NCBI RefSeq assembly: GCF_009834535.1 | Contig: NC_045696.1 | Span: forward strand, 17,300,001-17,364,000 | Reading direction: 5' to 3' | From: Camelus ferus | Taxonomy: Eukaryota | DNA length: 64,000 nucleotides | Part shown: piece after piece, positions 11,666-24,400 of the stretch | Numbering within the stretch: the first letter of the stretch is position 1 | How the letters are laid out: every line of letters begins with the position of its first letter | Notes under the pieces: model-generated | Seen by the model: the letters and a program-made list of their open reading frames with translations, nothing else | Databases searched by the model: none | What the model was told of the DNA's origin: nothing | Program-made: the position numbers and the translations under genes

Positions 11666-13939
11666 AGAATGAAGAAAAGTATTAACTGTTGGTGGGGAGT
11701 GAGGGGGAGTGAAAGGAGGTTAGACAGAGATGCTAGTCAATTCGTGTGAATTCTGAAAACAAAGTCCAGTGGACAAAGCTGTAGCCTGATCTTGCCCCAT
11801 GTAAGGGGTTAGGCTTGGTATCTCCCTTTGGTTGTACCTTGCAGTTCCTGAGCACCTATCTGTACTTCATAATTCTTTCTCCTCTTCTCAGAAGAAGGAT
11901 TCTATTAGATCTTTCATGAAGCAGTTTTTAAGCTTAAAGCTCTAAAAAAAAAAAAAAAATAAGTTAAACCCACTTAAAAATGTGTACAGCACATGTATGT
12001 TAGAATGTCCCCAAATTACTAGTTACATTACTGTGGTCAATTATACTTGGCAATCGTGCTTAATTGGAGAAGAAAACACATTAGGCTTTTAATTTAAAAG
12101 CCAAAGGTAAAACTATTCTAAAACTCCTATTTGACTCTCAGACTGGTGATGTTTCTGTCTATGTGCTGGGATTTTATGGTACTTTAAACTGTTCATTCAT
12201 GTAAACAGAACAATAACAGGATGAGAGGCTGTACCAGGTGATACATAATAGCATCTCCCATTTACGTCTACAAAGATTTGGTTTATGAACATGAAATCAC
12301 CTTTGAGAGCACTCAGGGTAACAATTTTCTGAAGAATAAATGAGCGAGGAAATATTTTTCTCCTTTTAAATACTCCCAATAAGATGTAGGTTACACAAGC
12401 CACCATGTTGCCAAAGACAGGAATTTCTAGTTTCTGTAGACCCTCCCTTCTGTGTTTTCTCTAACACTCCATACTTGTGTAAGTTGGTACATCCTGTTTC
12501 GTCAATAGTTCTGACACCTCCTCTCCTCCCCTGCTGGTCCACCATGGGTCAGCTCCTTCTCCCACTCAGTTTCTTCATGTCCATCTTCTGGTGCTGCTGC
12601 TACATTATTGTCATCGTGTCACATTCTAGTTTAAGGCACTTCTAATGATCTCCTGACCTTAGGCTAACTCTGGGTGACTAGCATCACCTCCAAGCCTTAA
12701 CCCCTTGTTTTCTCAGCCGTGTTTCTCACAAGTGTTTTGTTTTAGCCATTCGATTCATATGGCTGAGGCTTCAGCCATTGTCGACCCTTACTTCTGCATA
12801 TCATGGAGAATATTTTGACAGACAAAAATATGCTAAGATATTTCATCGTACACCTGATTAGACGGTAGGATCCAGGAGAAACTCATATCCATACTTATAT
12901 TCAACATTGAAAGAATCCACGTTGCCTGCCCCTGGTTGGCCCTTTCATGTCAAGTTTGCATGAAACTAACATTGTTTTCCCTTCAGCGTTTTCACATTGG
13001 CTGTTGTGCAGGGAATGGCATTGTAGTACAATGAAGACACAAGGCAATTATATAACTGTTATCTTTGAAAGCTATTCATCTGTCTGAATAGAAGCCATAA
13101 ACATGCAATAGGGACAAACCAAGTGATGAGGGAGGTCATCAGCTTAGTAGTCATAGGGAGCATATATGTTTTTAATGACATTTTAATATAAACCCTAAAA
13201 ATTGTATCTTTTATGTCTTTTCTTCATTACTAGTTATAGTTGTAAAGTAACATTTAACTCTAATTCTTTTTTCATGGTATATTCATCTATGTGATTATAA
13301 GATTGAGTAGAGGTAAGACTGATCCTGGTTTGGCTTATAACTGAAACTCTGGTGGCTAATAAAGTACCTGGCATGCAGAGTGGATGAATAATTTGTAAAA
13401 GAAAAGTAGGAAGAAGTGGAGGAAGGATGAAAAGAAAGAATGGAAGGAGTAAAGAATAAAGGGAGGAAGGAAGAAAGAAGCCCTTGCAAGTTTGTTTGAG
13501 ATTCAGGATGGTGGAAGATATGAGAAATAATGCATTCTGTATGTCTCAGGGCTTATTTAGCTCCCATATACCTGCCTTTTTTTGATAATTTAATTATATG
13601 GCCACAATAATAAAGGAGTGGGGGAAAGATAATCTAGCTGGCCTGCCATGTGCCCAAATGTAACCACCTCTGTTGAAGAAGAGGAGAATGAAATGTGGTA
13701 ATCACTTGGGGACCTTGATCACAAAGCTTTTGCTTGAATTGCTTTGCAATCTCTACTCTCAGTACATCAAACTCAAGTTTCTTTCACAGAAGGAGTTCTG
13801 TTTCCAGCTCTTCATGACACTTTCTCTAATTTTACAGTATACCATATGCAATATGTTAGCATTCAATTATATGTTAACTGAACTTACATAATGACATGAC
13901 CATGGGTATATTTCATCAGAGCCAGTGTAACTTTACCTT

Positions 13940-14378
13940 GTATTCTGCCTTCCACTTGCTGTCTTAGCCATACTATTCCCTTGCTGTTCCTCAAATAGTC
14001 CAGACACGACCCCACCATCAGGTTTTTGTTTTTCACGATATCACTGTCTGATCTCCTTCCCTCTGTCATCCTCAGTGTTTACTCCCTCACCTTTAGATTC
14101 TTCCATTCTAGTGCCATTTTCTCATTAAGATGACCTTCTCTGGGCATTCTTCCTAAAATCCCCCCAAAATCCCCCTAATTCCCAAGCCCTTCTCTGATTT
14201 TTTTTCTTGTTAGCTTTTCCCATTAATATACCATTGGCTTTATTTGTTTTCTCAGTTCTGTTTTTTCCCTATTCCACTATCATGCCATGAAGGCAGACTT
14301 TTTTTTTTTCTCTCGTTCATTGCTTTATCCTCTATGTTGGCACATAGTACATATTTAATAACTACATACTGAAAAATT
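13940..14378 (+). mobile_element. L2 (L2a-like) 3' region
   Basis: CCTTGCTGTTCCTCAAA, CCATGAAGGCAGACTTT...GTTCATTGCTTTATCC and TGGCACATAGTA. Confidence 0.85.
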
Positions 14379-15957
14379 CACAGTTTGTAATATACATGAT
14401 GAGGTAATGGACAAGAGAAAAAAAAAATCAGGTCCCCAAGACCTCAGCACTTTAAAGATTAGAGATGGAGCCAAGATCTCATTTTAAATGTAGTCCATCT
14501 GAATACACTTAGGCACTTTGGAGAAATAAGTCTTTGAATTGTTAGAGCTGTATTGGATACAGGTACCCAAACACCTGGTCTCTTGTGGATGCTGGGTATC
14601 AAGGTGACAAAAGGTGCCAAGAGATGTCAGGTAGAACCGTGGTAATATGTGAGGGGGGAGAGTAAATAATCCCCTGAACCTCGTGTGCCCCCGATGCTGA
14701 GACATAGATGACAACAAATTCTGGGACAAAGGATCAAAGGACAGAGAGAGGGAAAGGGGAAAATCTGGCTGCTTTAACCATCCCTCACCTAGCCGTTGTC
14801 AGTTCAGTTCCAGCTTTGCTTTTTCAATCCGGTTGCCAGGAGTGAATAAGATCTCCTGGCAATTGTAACTGAATCTTTGAAACAGCAAATTTGACTGCTA
14901 GGGCTTTGAGCAAAGCTTATAATAAAGAAAAAAAAAAGTTAAAATGTTGTATATATTAGTCCATTGCTACTTCATCCAAACGCGTGCTAGGAATTGATGG
15001 ATTACGTTATTTGCTTGTAATTTCTTGTCTCATAAATTCCAGAGGGGACCATCCCAATATCTCAATAAGGGAAATTCTAATTAGAGAAGTACTTTAGTGG
15101 GACAAACTCCCCTGACATTTATAACCAGCAGATGAGTTAGGATTTAATACAAGTGCCTCTAATCTCTGAGGTCTGGTAGCCCAGGAAAGATTGCTGTCTT
15201 TTTACTCCTTTACCGTGAAAAAGGGAAGCAGCACGCAGCTGGAGTTATCCTCTTTAAGAGTTTTACACTTGGGCTTGACAAAGCTACTGGGCACATGTTT
15301 TTTCAAAAAGCAGCTAATTGGCTTGATAATCAGTTCTCACTGAAATCCAGTGCCCAAACCAGAGACACTGTGTTTCTCCAGCCTGAGACACCCATTTCAG
15401 ACTCTATAACTGACAAGATTAAAGACTTTCAAAAACATCTCCCTTGCCAATAGGATATAGCATAATAAAGAGTGCAGCTGGCCTGACTGCAGAAGCATCT
15501 CAGTTGTACATCAGACTGTGGCAGTCCCCACTCATCATTACCAATCTTAGATGCAACTCTGGTCTTTTAATTTTAAAATTACATGCTAAATGTTTGAGAA
15601 CATAAAATGACTACCTAGCAAAGTTAGAATAAAATATATGTTATAAAAAATTTATTGCAACTGCCTTCAAATTCAGCTAGATATATGTCTATATATAATA
15701 CATATAAGCAATATTTTATATATATATATTTGTTTTCTCTTTTTCCACTTAGAGTATAAGCTTGGAATGAAAAGTAAAGATGACTGGCTTAACATTTCCT
15801 AAATTAGTCTAAAGTCGTTGCGATTTGAATTGTTATTTGAAAGAGATGGGGAGAAAAAGAAATGTATCCCGTGACAGGATAAATATTGGCCACAGCTTGT
15901 AAAGGCTGATTATTGGACAAACTGCTGTGGAAATAACTTTACTGGTGGGCAATTATA

Positions 15958-16075
15958 CATCCACTCATCCACTCAATTAACGTCCGTAATATGCAACATA
16001 ATAATATGGAAGCCACAAAAAACATGGAGATGTATTTATAGCCCTATTTCAAGAAACTTACAGTCAAATGTGAAT
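15958..16075 (-). mobile_element. L2 3'-end fragment
   Basis: CATCCACTCATCCACTCAA...GCCCTATTTCAAGAAACTTACAGTC. Confidence 0.45.
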
Positions 16076-16457
16076 TTGACAGAATTGAGAGTATCATATA
16101 AAAGAACATAAACAAATGTGATAACATTTACCCTAACATATGCAACAATCTTACATTAATAACATCAAATACATCAAGAAAAAAATTTAAATATGTCTAA
16201 ATATATGAGAGAGAAACAATATAAACAGTTAGGTTCAATCTATTTATTGAGAGATGCATTCAAAGTATTGGTTCACCAATATTTTTTGTCCATGGTTGTG
16301 ACGGAATATGTGAATTTTTTTTTTTTTTTTTTTTGGTTTTTCATCTCTTTACTGCTCCAATTTGCCAGGGAGAAAAAAGCACCTGGCTCTATTTTTGATT
16401 ACTTTGAAAGTTGTAGTTAGCTACAGATGCAAATGAGGACTTCATCAATTTGCAAGA

Positions 16458-16926
16458 AGTGGTAGGAAGAATAATGTTCCCCAGGATGTCAAGTCCGAAT
16501 CCCCCGACTCCATGAATATGTGAGGTTACATGGCAAAGAGAAATTAAGGCTGCAGATGGAATGAAGGTTTTCAATTAGCTGCTTTTAGAGAGAGAGCGTC
16601 CTGCATTGTCCAGATATGTGCAATGTAATCACAGAAGTCCTTAAAAGTGGAAGCAGATAGCAGCAAAACTCAGGTGGAGATGAGACTTTAGAAGGATAAT
16701 CAGGGACAGGCAGCAGTGCTAGCTTTGAAGATGGAATAAGGAAGCCACCAAAATATGCGGGAGGCCTCTAGAAGCTGGAAACATAAGGAAATGGATTCTC
16801 CTCTAGAGCTTCCAGAAAGGAATGATTTTACCCCAGTGAGACCCGACAGCAGTGTCATGCATTTGTATCTTTTTAAGTCACTACATTTCTGGTAACTTGT
16901 TAGAGCAACCATAGAAAAATCATTCA
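16458..16926 (+). mobile_element. MaLR solo LTR (MLT1D-like)
   Basis: GTGGTAGGAAGAATAATG, GTTACATGGCAAAG and GCCTCTAGAAGCTGGAAA...GGATTCTCCTCTAGAGCTTCCAGAAAGGAA. TSD CAAGA / CAAGG. Confidence 0.92.
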
Positions 16927-18258
16927 CAAGGAGAGAGATCCAGAAAGTTTCTATAAGCAGAGTAATTTGCAACCTTGTGGCACAGAAGTATAGAACAATT
17001 CAGAAAGCTCTGGAGAATGTTATGTTTGTTTACTAAATCACTATAAGAGAAAACAGAGCTCTTTGAGAGGAATTTTCCTAATAAAATAATATATTTTGCT
17101 CAATGACACGTTGGTTTAATTCAAAGCTGAATATGTTGGCCAGCCAATGGCAAGGGAATGAACTCTGTATGATTAAATTCAAGCACGAGAAATTTTAAAA
17201 GCTGGATTTAAGTGGTCTGTCAAACAGGGTTGGCAGTTTGCAGGGTCTCGTGTTATTACTGGATATGACTGGATTTTGATCAGAACCCCAGGAATGGAAA
17301 AAATAGATTTGGGGGCCAAAGCCTTGGAATACATCCTGAGTTTGTTTTCTTTTGAAATATTTTTAAGTATAAAGCTTTGGCAGTGTGTTGCCAGCATCAC
17401 TGTAGCTTGCAGAAAGGGAAGAGGTCCTGGTGTAAATTGAGATTTAAGAGACCAACTCGGTAACATTATTTTTTGCAGTGATGAAGACTGATTTTTTTGC
17501 TATCATAAAACCAAACATAGACATTAAAAACAATCTTTTTTCCCTTTATTATAAGGCAAGTGTCTTGCTTTGTAAGTGTGAATCTTACTAGGTTCTAAAC
17601 TTTTCCCCCAAAATCATTTTATAGTATGTTTCTGGGCACTTTAACATTCTAGAAACACAACTACTATTTTTATAGCAAATGAGACTATGCTATTAAATGT
17701 AATACATATGATTATTTGCTGTAATATTACTTTCATGAGTATTATGGCAAAGAAAGCCAGTGGAGTTACCCAAATTTTCAATACACCTGGAAAAAATGTG
17801 CATGTTAACTGTTTTGTAAACCGGGCTGCAGCTGTTGCTTGCTGTGGCATTTGAAGCTGATGACCTGAAATTTCATTGCTGTTAGATCTGCAAAGCAGTG
17901 GTCATTATAACAGAACTTGAGCTGAGAAATAAACAAGTATCTCTCTCCTGTCACCTCCCTGCAGAGCCACAAGCTGTAACAATATTTATCAGAGCCCTGG
18001 AGTTATACCTCCGATGAAAACAGAGCATCTTCAATCCTTACCTTTTATGAGGTGACCATTTACAAGGTGACTTTTCAAAGATTCAGAGATGGCCTTTGAA
18101 TGTCAGTAAATGTTGATATTTCAGTATTTTCCAAGTTAATCTGAAGAGGAAGGAGATGAAGTCGGCTGCCTGTGCCACGTGGCCCTCAAACTAATCCTTC
18201 CACTGACCTTGTTTCAAAGTAGTCAAGTTAGTGAGGAATGAGGGCACAGCAGGGAGAT

Positions 18259-18279
18259 AGAGAGAGAGAGAGAGAGAGA
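18259..18279. repeat. (AG)n microsatellite
   Basis: Seen directly. Confidence 0.95.
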
Positions 18280-20229
18280 CAGCACGAAAGCAAGCCAATG
18301 CATGTGTTAGGGGTCGGGGACAAAGGAAGCCATGGTCCAGAAGAGACAAATTTCCCTATTGCATGCATTTTATCCTTAATTTGAGTTGTACTTCTAGCTG
18401 ACAGGGTGAGTGTGTTTTGGATTTAGAATAAAAATGGAAAGAAAAAGAAATGGAACTGACAAGTGAAAGAGGAACTAAGAAAATAAATATTAATGCTTTC
18501 TGTCTCCTCTAAGCAAAATCATATTATGATTTAATCATTTAATGTTCCCTCCTAATACTGAAAAAGTCATGTTTTTGTATCCTAAATGCATGTGCTTCTG
18601 AAGATTCAAAGGGTCTGCAAATTTAATGAAGTTTGAAGTTGTCTCTAAAGTAAAACTTCTATTTTTGTTTTATTGAAGCATTTTGTGATTTGACAACAAT
18701 TTTCACATTTATGGTATTGATATGCCATTAGGAAAATACCATTTGCCACAATTTGTGTGAAATATAATTTACAATAGGAAGAATACATGGTTAAATCAGC
18801 CATTTGGAAACTGATAGTAAATAAAATTAAAAACTTGAAAATACAAGATGAGAAATATATAATTATTCATTTAAAAAATATTAAGTTATTCTGACCGCTT
18901 GGCCCTGGGTGCACAAGCCATGCTGACAGCAAGAATAAGTCAAATTTCATTTTGGCAAGAATCATAAATAGCTTCAATTCTGAAATTTAATAACCAAAAT
19001 GAATTGCATTGTACCAACAAACCGTTCTTAGACAGTTATTCCATTAGTATATCACATAGCCAGTGTTTATTTTTAGAATAAAGAGAACATAAACTTAATT
19101 GACTTAATTACTACAGTTCTTTGAAGCAATGAATCTAGAAGGAACCATCTTTAATCTTTACAATGGAAACTTAGATTTGGGAGAATGTCTGTATGCTAAA
19201 GAGCTTATTTACTATAACTTCTTTATAATTGCTGTTATTTCAGTCACTGGGATAGGTAACACAGCAGGCTGGATCTCTCATCCCCAAAACCTCAAGGGGA
19301 AAAAAAATCTCACCGGTGAAGTTTCTGGAGAGATCAGTGACCTCATGCTCCACAAAATGATAATGATCTATTTATGTGCATGCTCTGTAATCGTGTATTT
19401 CTAAAGATACATAAGATTGCTTTTATGTGGGAGAAGGTAGGAAAAAATGCTGAAGGCACAGAGTTAAAATAGTTTAGTTTTAATAATCACATTTCCAACA
19501 CTCTTGAAGTAGTAAGAAATGTAAAGTTACAGATTTCGTCCTGGGGGGGGGGGATACAAGAAGGAGCTAAAAGCATCATTTCCTTCCATCATATCTGAGC
19601 TATCACCTTCTTTTTTAAAATCTGTACATTTCAACCAAATCTTTAGTGACAAACACAAGCTGGAACTCTTATTTTCAGGTGCTATTTATCTTGAAATGTC
19701 TATTGTATAACTTATTAAACTTTGTCAGCCCTTGACCTTTACTGAATTAAATATGAGAAAAAGTAGAAAAAAAATGTTGGAAAATATTAGCACCCAGTGT
19801 TTGACACAGGCAAATTGAAGAGTAGTGGGGGTATGGGTTCTGAATGGAGATCATTATATCTAGAAGGTAGGCACAAACTTCTTACAGCCCGTGGTCCTGA
19901 GAATCGAGCTGGCCACTGACATCAGTTTTGGTTTGAGGAGCACACATCGATACAGAAACTTCAGCTCAGTCTTGCCTCTGGATCTACTGACAAACATCAG
20001 TCAGGGGAGCAATCTCTGACTCTTTCTTGTTATTATAAATGAGCTATCCCCCTCTCTTAAAATTCTCTAATTTCTCAATTTTGAATGTAATATCCTATTT
20101 TTCTTATCCAGGACCAGAGTCCTAGTTCATTCTTTTACCTCTTTCTTCTAGTTGTTCCAACCAGATAAAGTTATAGTGTATGAAGTCAATAAATAAATTA
20201 AAAAATAGAAAGTTCTACACCTTTGCAGT

Positions 20230-20861
20230 TAATAGTCTACTTATTCCCTCCTATTCACAGGACATATTATAAAAGGAATGTGCACCGTCACTGCTTCTGT
20301 TTCCTCATTCTCATATTCTTCTTTTAAGCCATAGTGTATTGGAACTCCATCCTCACCCTACCAGCAAGATTGCTGGTCAAGGTCACCCGTGACCTCCATA
20401 TTGCAATAGAAAGTTTGTTGTGCTCAGATTTCTCACCAGAACAACAGCCTTAGACCCCACTGACCAAACCATCTTGGTTTACTTTCTTCTCTTGCATATC
20501 AGGCCATTTCAGTCTCTTAGTTTTCCCTTCACATCACTGTCAAAACATTCCAAATCCTTTTCACTGGAGCCTTCTCCTCTTTGCATTTCTTACGTGTGGC
20601 ATGCTGAAGGGCTCATGCCTGGGTCCTAGATAATTATATGCAGACTTGATGTTAACCTACCTTCTGCTTGTCAATGACTCACACGTGTATCTTTGACCTT
20701 TCTTCCCTGGACCCCAGACTTTTATACCTTACAGAGTATCTTCACAGGAGTGTTTTGATAAACATCACAAAATTTACATTCCCATAAGATGATGATTTTT
20801 ACCAATAAACCCTATTTATTCTTTACTCTTCTATCTTTCAGTTTTCTAATATATAGTGCTC
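20230..20861 (+). mobile_element. L2, 5' part (split by MLT2)
   Basis: GTCAAGGTCACCCGTGACCTCCATATTGC, AATGACTCACACGTGTATC and CCTGGACCCCAGAC. Confidence 0.85.
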
Positions 20862-21412
20862 TGTATTTGTCAGAGTTCAACAGAGAAACAGAACCAATTA
20901 CATATATATATGAATATGACATATTTATAATATGTATACAAAGAGATATATAATAATATATATAATATATAATAAGAGCTATATAATAATAAAGTATTGG
21001 CCCATGAAATTACGGAGACCAAGAAGTCCCAGGAGTGGCCCTTTGCAAACTGCAGAACAAGGAAGACCAGTGACATTTGAAGGCCTGAGAGCTAGAAAGC
21101 CAATGTTGTAGATTCCAGTCCACATCTAAGGGCCTGAGAACCAGGAGTACTGAAGACTGGAGAGGAAGATTGTTGTCACACTCTGGCAAAGAATGAGTGG
21201 ATCCTCCTGTCTTCACCTTTTGGTTCTATTCAGGCCCTGGGGATTGGATAATGCCTGTCCACATGGGGGAGAGTGGTCCACTTACTTACTCATTCTGCAG
21301 ATTCAAATGCTAATCCCATCAGGAAACGCCCTCACACTCAGAAATAGGGTATAACCAGGTATCTGGGCATCCTGTGATCCAGCCAAGTTGATACATAAAA
21401 TTAACTACCCCA
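20862..21412 (-). mobile_element. ERVL solo LTR (MLT2B-like) with an internal TA-rich tract
   Basis: TGTATTTGTCAGAGTTCAACAGAGAAACAGAACCAAT, GGCCTGAGAACCAGGAG, GATTCAAATGCTAATC and CAAGTTGATACATAAAATTAAC. TSD TGCTC / CACTC. Confidence 0.93.
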
Positions 21413-22070
21413 CACTCCCTGACGCTTCTTCCTAAAATATGGCCTTGATAGGTATGTTCTTCTTTCCTTCCATTTCAACCAGCCTGGCTCAAGCTACCAT
21501 TATCTGTCAGCAGTCCAGGGGTAACAGCCTGATAACTATCCTCTGGCTCCTATTTTTGATGACTTCCTCCTACCCCAAATATTTTTTTTACAAAGCAGTC
21601 ATAAGGAAACATAAAGAAAATACTTTAAATAACGCAAATAAAACCCAGTGTTTTTCATATGCATTTAAGATAAAATGCAAGCACCTCACCTTGCCCTAAA
21701 AAGGCTGATGTGGTTTGGCTGGGGCTTCTGTCTCTGATATCATCCCCTACCACTTTCTTTCTAATTCATCCCTTTCCAAATGCGGTAGGTGTTTGTATGT
21801 GCTTACTGGTCCTTGATTTCACTAAGAATGTCTTCAGACTACCAAATGTAGAGTAGTCTCCAGACAACTAATTTTTATTCCTTATAGCACTTATCATAAT
21901 ATTTACTTGCCCATTCAAGTTCTCATCTGTTCATTGTCCATTCTTCACAACAACATTAGGTCCATGAGAGCAGCCATCTTTTCTGTTACATACACTGTTG
22001 TAACCTCCCTCAATGCTGAAAAAATACCCAGTATACGGTTATGATCTCTGTATCTTGGGTGAATAAATGA
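21413..22070 (+). mobile_element. L2, 3' part
   Basis: CCTGGCTCAAGCTACCATTATCTG, ATAAAATGCAAGCACCT, TCCATGAGAGCAG and the terminal GTGAATAAATGA. Confidence 0.85.
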
Positions 22071-23737
22071 GCAGTTTTGCTGAAGGTTCAGATTAACTAA
22101 CCTTATTCTGCTGGATTTAGAAATAAGTAGCTCAAATATTAGTTTAATATTGAACCTAAAATTAAAGGACCTTCATGGCTGTATGCACTTATACTAGTCA
22201 TGACAAAGGCCCAGGAATAAAATAAACATCATATAAGCTATATGAATTAGCTTCTTAAAATGAACAGAATACCTCCACTTGCTCTATAAAATATGTGCTT
22301 CCAGTACCACGTACCTGTACAGGGAGACATTCAAACTCAATCATGATTATTTGTATCCTGTCCCAGATGTAGAAACTTGAGAGTTACCTCGTTAAGTGGA
22401 AGAGTTTCTTGATTCTTGGTGTGTGACTGACTGATTGACTTTGCTTCTTCTATCTCACAGTAGTTTAGTCTCTACAATTTGACACTAGTAACTTTGAGAA
22501 ACCTAGGTGTTGCACCTTACAAATGTCCTCTCTTTTGAGTTCGGACTCAGAACTCAGAACGAGGTGTGGGAGATCTCAGTTCCCAGGGCTTTGGTGACTT
22601 TTCTACAGCAGAGCAAAAGCCATTGACAAATGTGGCTTAAGTAGATATTTTAGCATATAAACACCAAGGCTTGGCTTAAAAAAAAAATCTGGGCAGTAGG
22701 AAAAATTGAACTAAAATGACAACTATTAAATGATACAAATACAACTTATAAAGATTCTTATTTCAAAGCCTCTAAGAAAATACCACATGAGCTGATGATT
22801 TTGCAACATTCAGGTGAGGCTGAGGGCCTTATAACACAGAGCATACCCATATCTTGTGTTTCTTGAGGAAAGTGTTGTAATAAGTAATGGTTTTATCTTC
22901 CTTTAAGATTAATACTTTTTATTACCAGCTGAAAAGACTTTTATACATCTGGCTACTATGTACTTATTTCCTTCATTGTGGCTGTTATGTGAGTCAATGG
23001 CCACTTCTGGTATCCCTGACACCCTGGACCTGCTGAGCAGGAACAGAGATCCAAGTCGGAACCAATGTTCCCCAAGGGCCAGTGCAGAGTTCTGCCTAAG
23101 ACACTGTTCTCCATGCTTTGAGAACAAAATTAGGAGGAGTTGATTCTTGCATGAGGCAATGTTTTCCTCTCCAACCACTCTGGCTTCCTCGATTTCCCTG
23201 GAAGCAACCTGCTGGCAGTGCTGCTTTGCCCTGCCCTAGCCTCGGTGTACAGACCTTCCCTGCTTCCACTGCATACACACCCACACAGTCGCACACTTAA
23301 TGAAATTAATTATGGTCTCCTCTTTCCTCAGTTTCCAGTCGAAGCATCCTCAGATCAAGCAGACATCCTGGCCACCAAACTAAGTCAAACCCTCCAGACT
23401 CCTTTTTCATACACTTCCTGCTTTTGTAACTTGGCTTACATTTTATAGGTACTTAATAAATATTCTATTGAGTACATAAATTATTGACAGTTTCATCCAA
23501 CTCATTTGTCTTTTGAAGGCTATAAATGGAAAAATGCTCTTTTAAACCAAGAATGAGTGTATCTAGTGAGTTCCAATTCATGTTACTGTGACAGTTAGTA
23601 TTTTTGACACTGGATGGTGTCAGAGACTGACAGAGACTGGAGGTGGGGAAAGCTAAAATCTCCAAGCATCTGCCTGTATTCCTGAGCTATTTCACAAAGA
23701 GATATGAATCATACCTCCTTTGTTTGGTCAAGTCTTT

Positions 23738-23803
23738 GAATTCTTCATTCAACAAACATTTACAGAAAAACTACTCTGTACTAGACTCTGGCCCAGGTAC
23801 TGT
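23738..23803 (-). mobile_element. L2 3'-end fragment (host of the LTR)
   Basis: TTCATTCAACAAACATTTA...CTACTCTGTACTAG...CCAGGTACTGT. It continues after 24400 as GTTAGGT. Confidence 0.7.
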
Positions 23804-24400
23804 TGTTATGACAGCAGGTAGGGGGACCCAAAATTGGAAAGCACACCAAATGAGCAGGCAAGCCTCCCCCCAAAAAATGTATACGTCCTTGCTCGCCAAC
23901 TGAGAAAGAATTATCCGTAGAGGCAGAGGGACAAAGTGAAAAAAAGAGCTGCTTTATTGTTCAGAGAGGAAAGGAAAGGAAAAAAAGGAAAAAAGAAAAC
24001 ACTGGAGCAGGGAGCCATTAGCCAGGGAGCTGGTCTAGACAGCTCCAGCCCCAGGTCAGGCTGCAGGGCCTTTAACTGGAAGCTCTGCCATTGTGATCTT
24101 CATGTGGGTGGCGTCAGTCATGTCCTATTACAGGCTCTTTCCTCTCATGAAGCTCAGCCCTAACACAGAAACTTTGGCTGGAGAAAGAGAACAAAGAAAG
24201 AGACACTGGGGGATGGCCTTGGGATCAATGAAGCAGTTGTAGAACATAAAATGTCTTGTTGCATAGCTATGTCCTTGGAAACAAGGAGCCAGCTGCGGGA
24301 TAAGAGAAACAACCTGTCTTTTAATAGCCCGACACCTTCTTTCCCTTGTTGTTAATCAGCCAGGGTCAGTAAGCCTGCCTCACCACCTCTCTCCCTTACA
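23804..24400 (-). mobile_element. ERV-type solo LTR, probably lineage-specific
   Basis: TG...CA termini (TGTTATG / CTTACA), AATAAA on the minus strand (CTTTATTG near 23952), higher GC than the flanks, and it interrupts an L2. Possible 4-bp TSD CTGT / GTGT. Confidence 0.8.

Noticed and set aside
12758..12778. ATGGCTGA-N4-TCAGCCAT hairpin
   Set aside because: An 8-bp stem is expected by chance in 64 kb, and there is no extended precursor structure.
18398..18405. 8-nt plus-strand microexon (CTTCTAG|CTGACAGG|GTGAGT) with nearby TGCATG motifs
   Set aside because: The length is not a multiple of three, the pyrimidine tract is weak, and there is an internal competing CAG. It is likely chance, although the donor is consensus.
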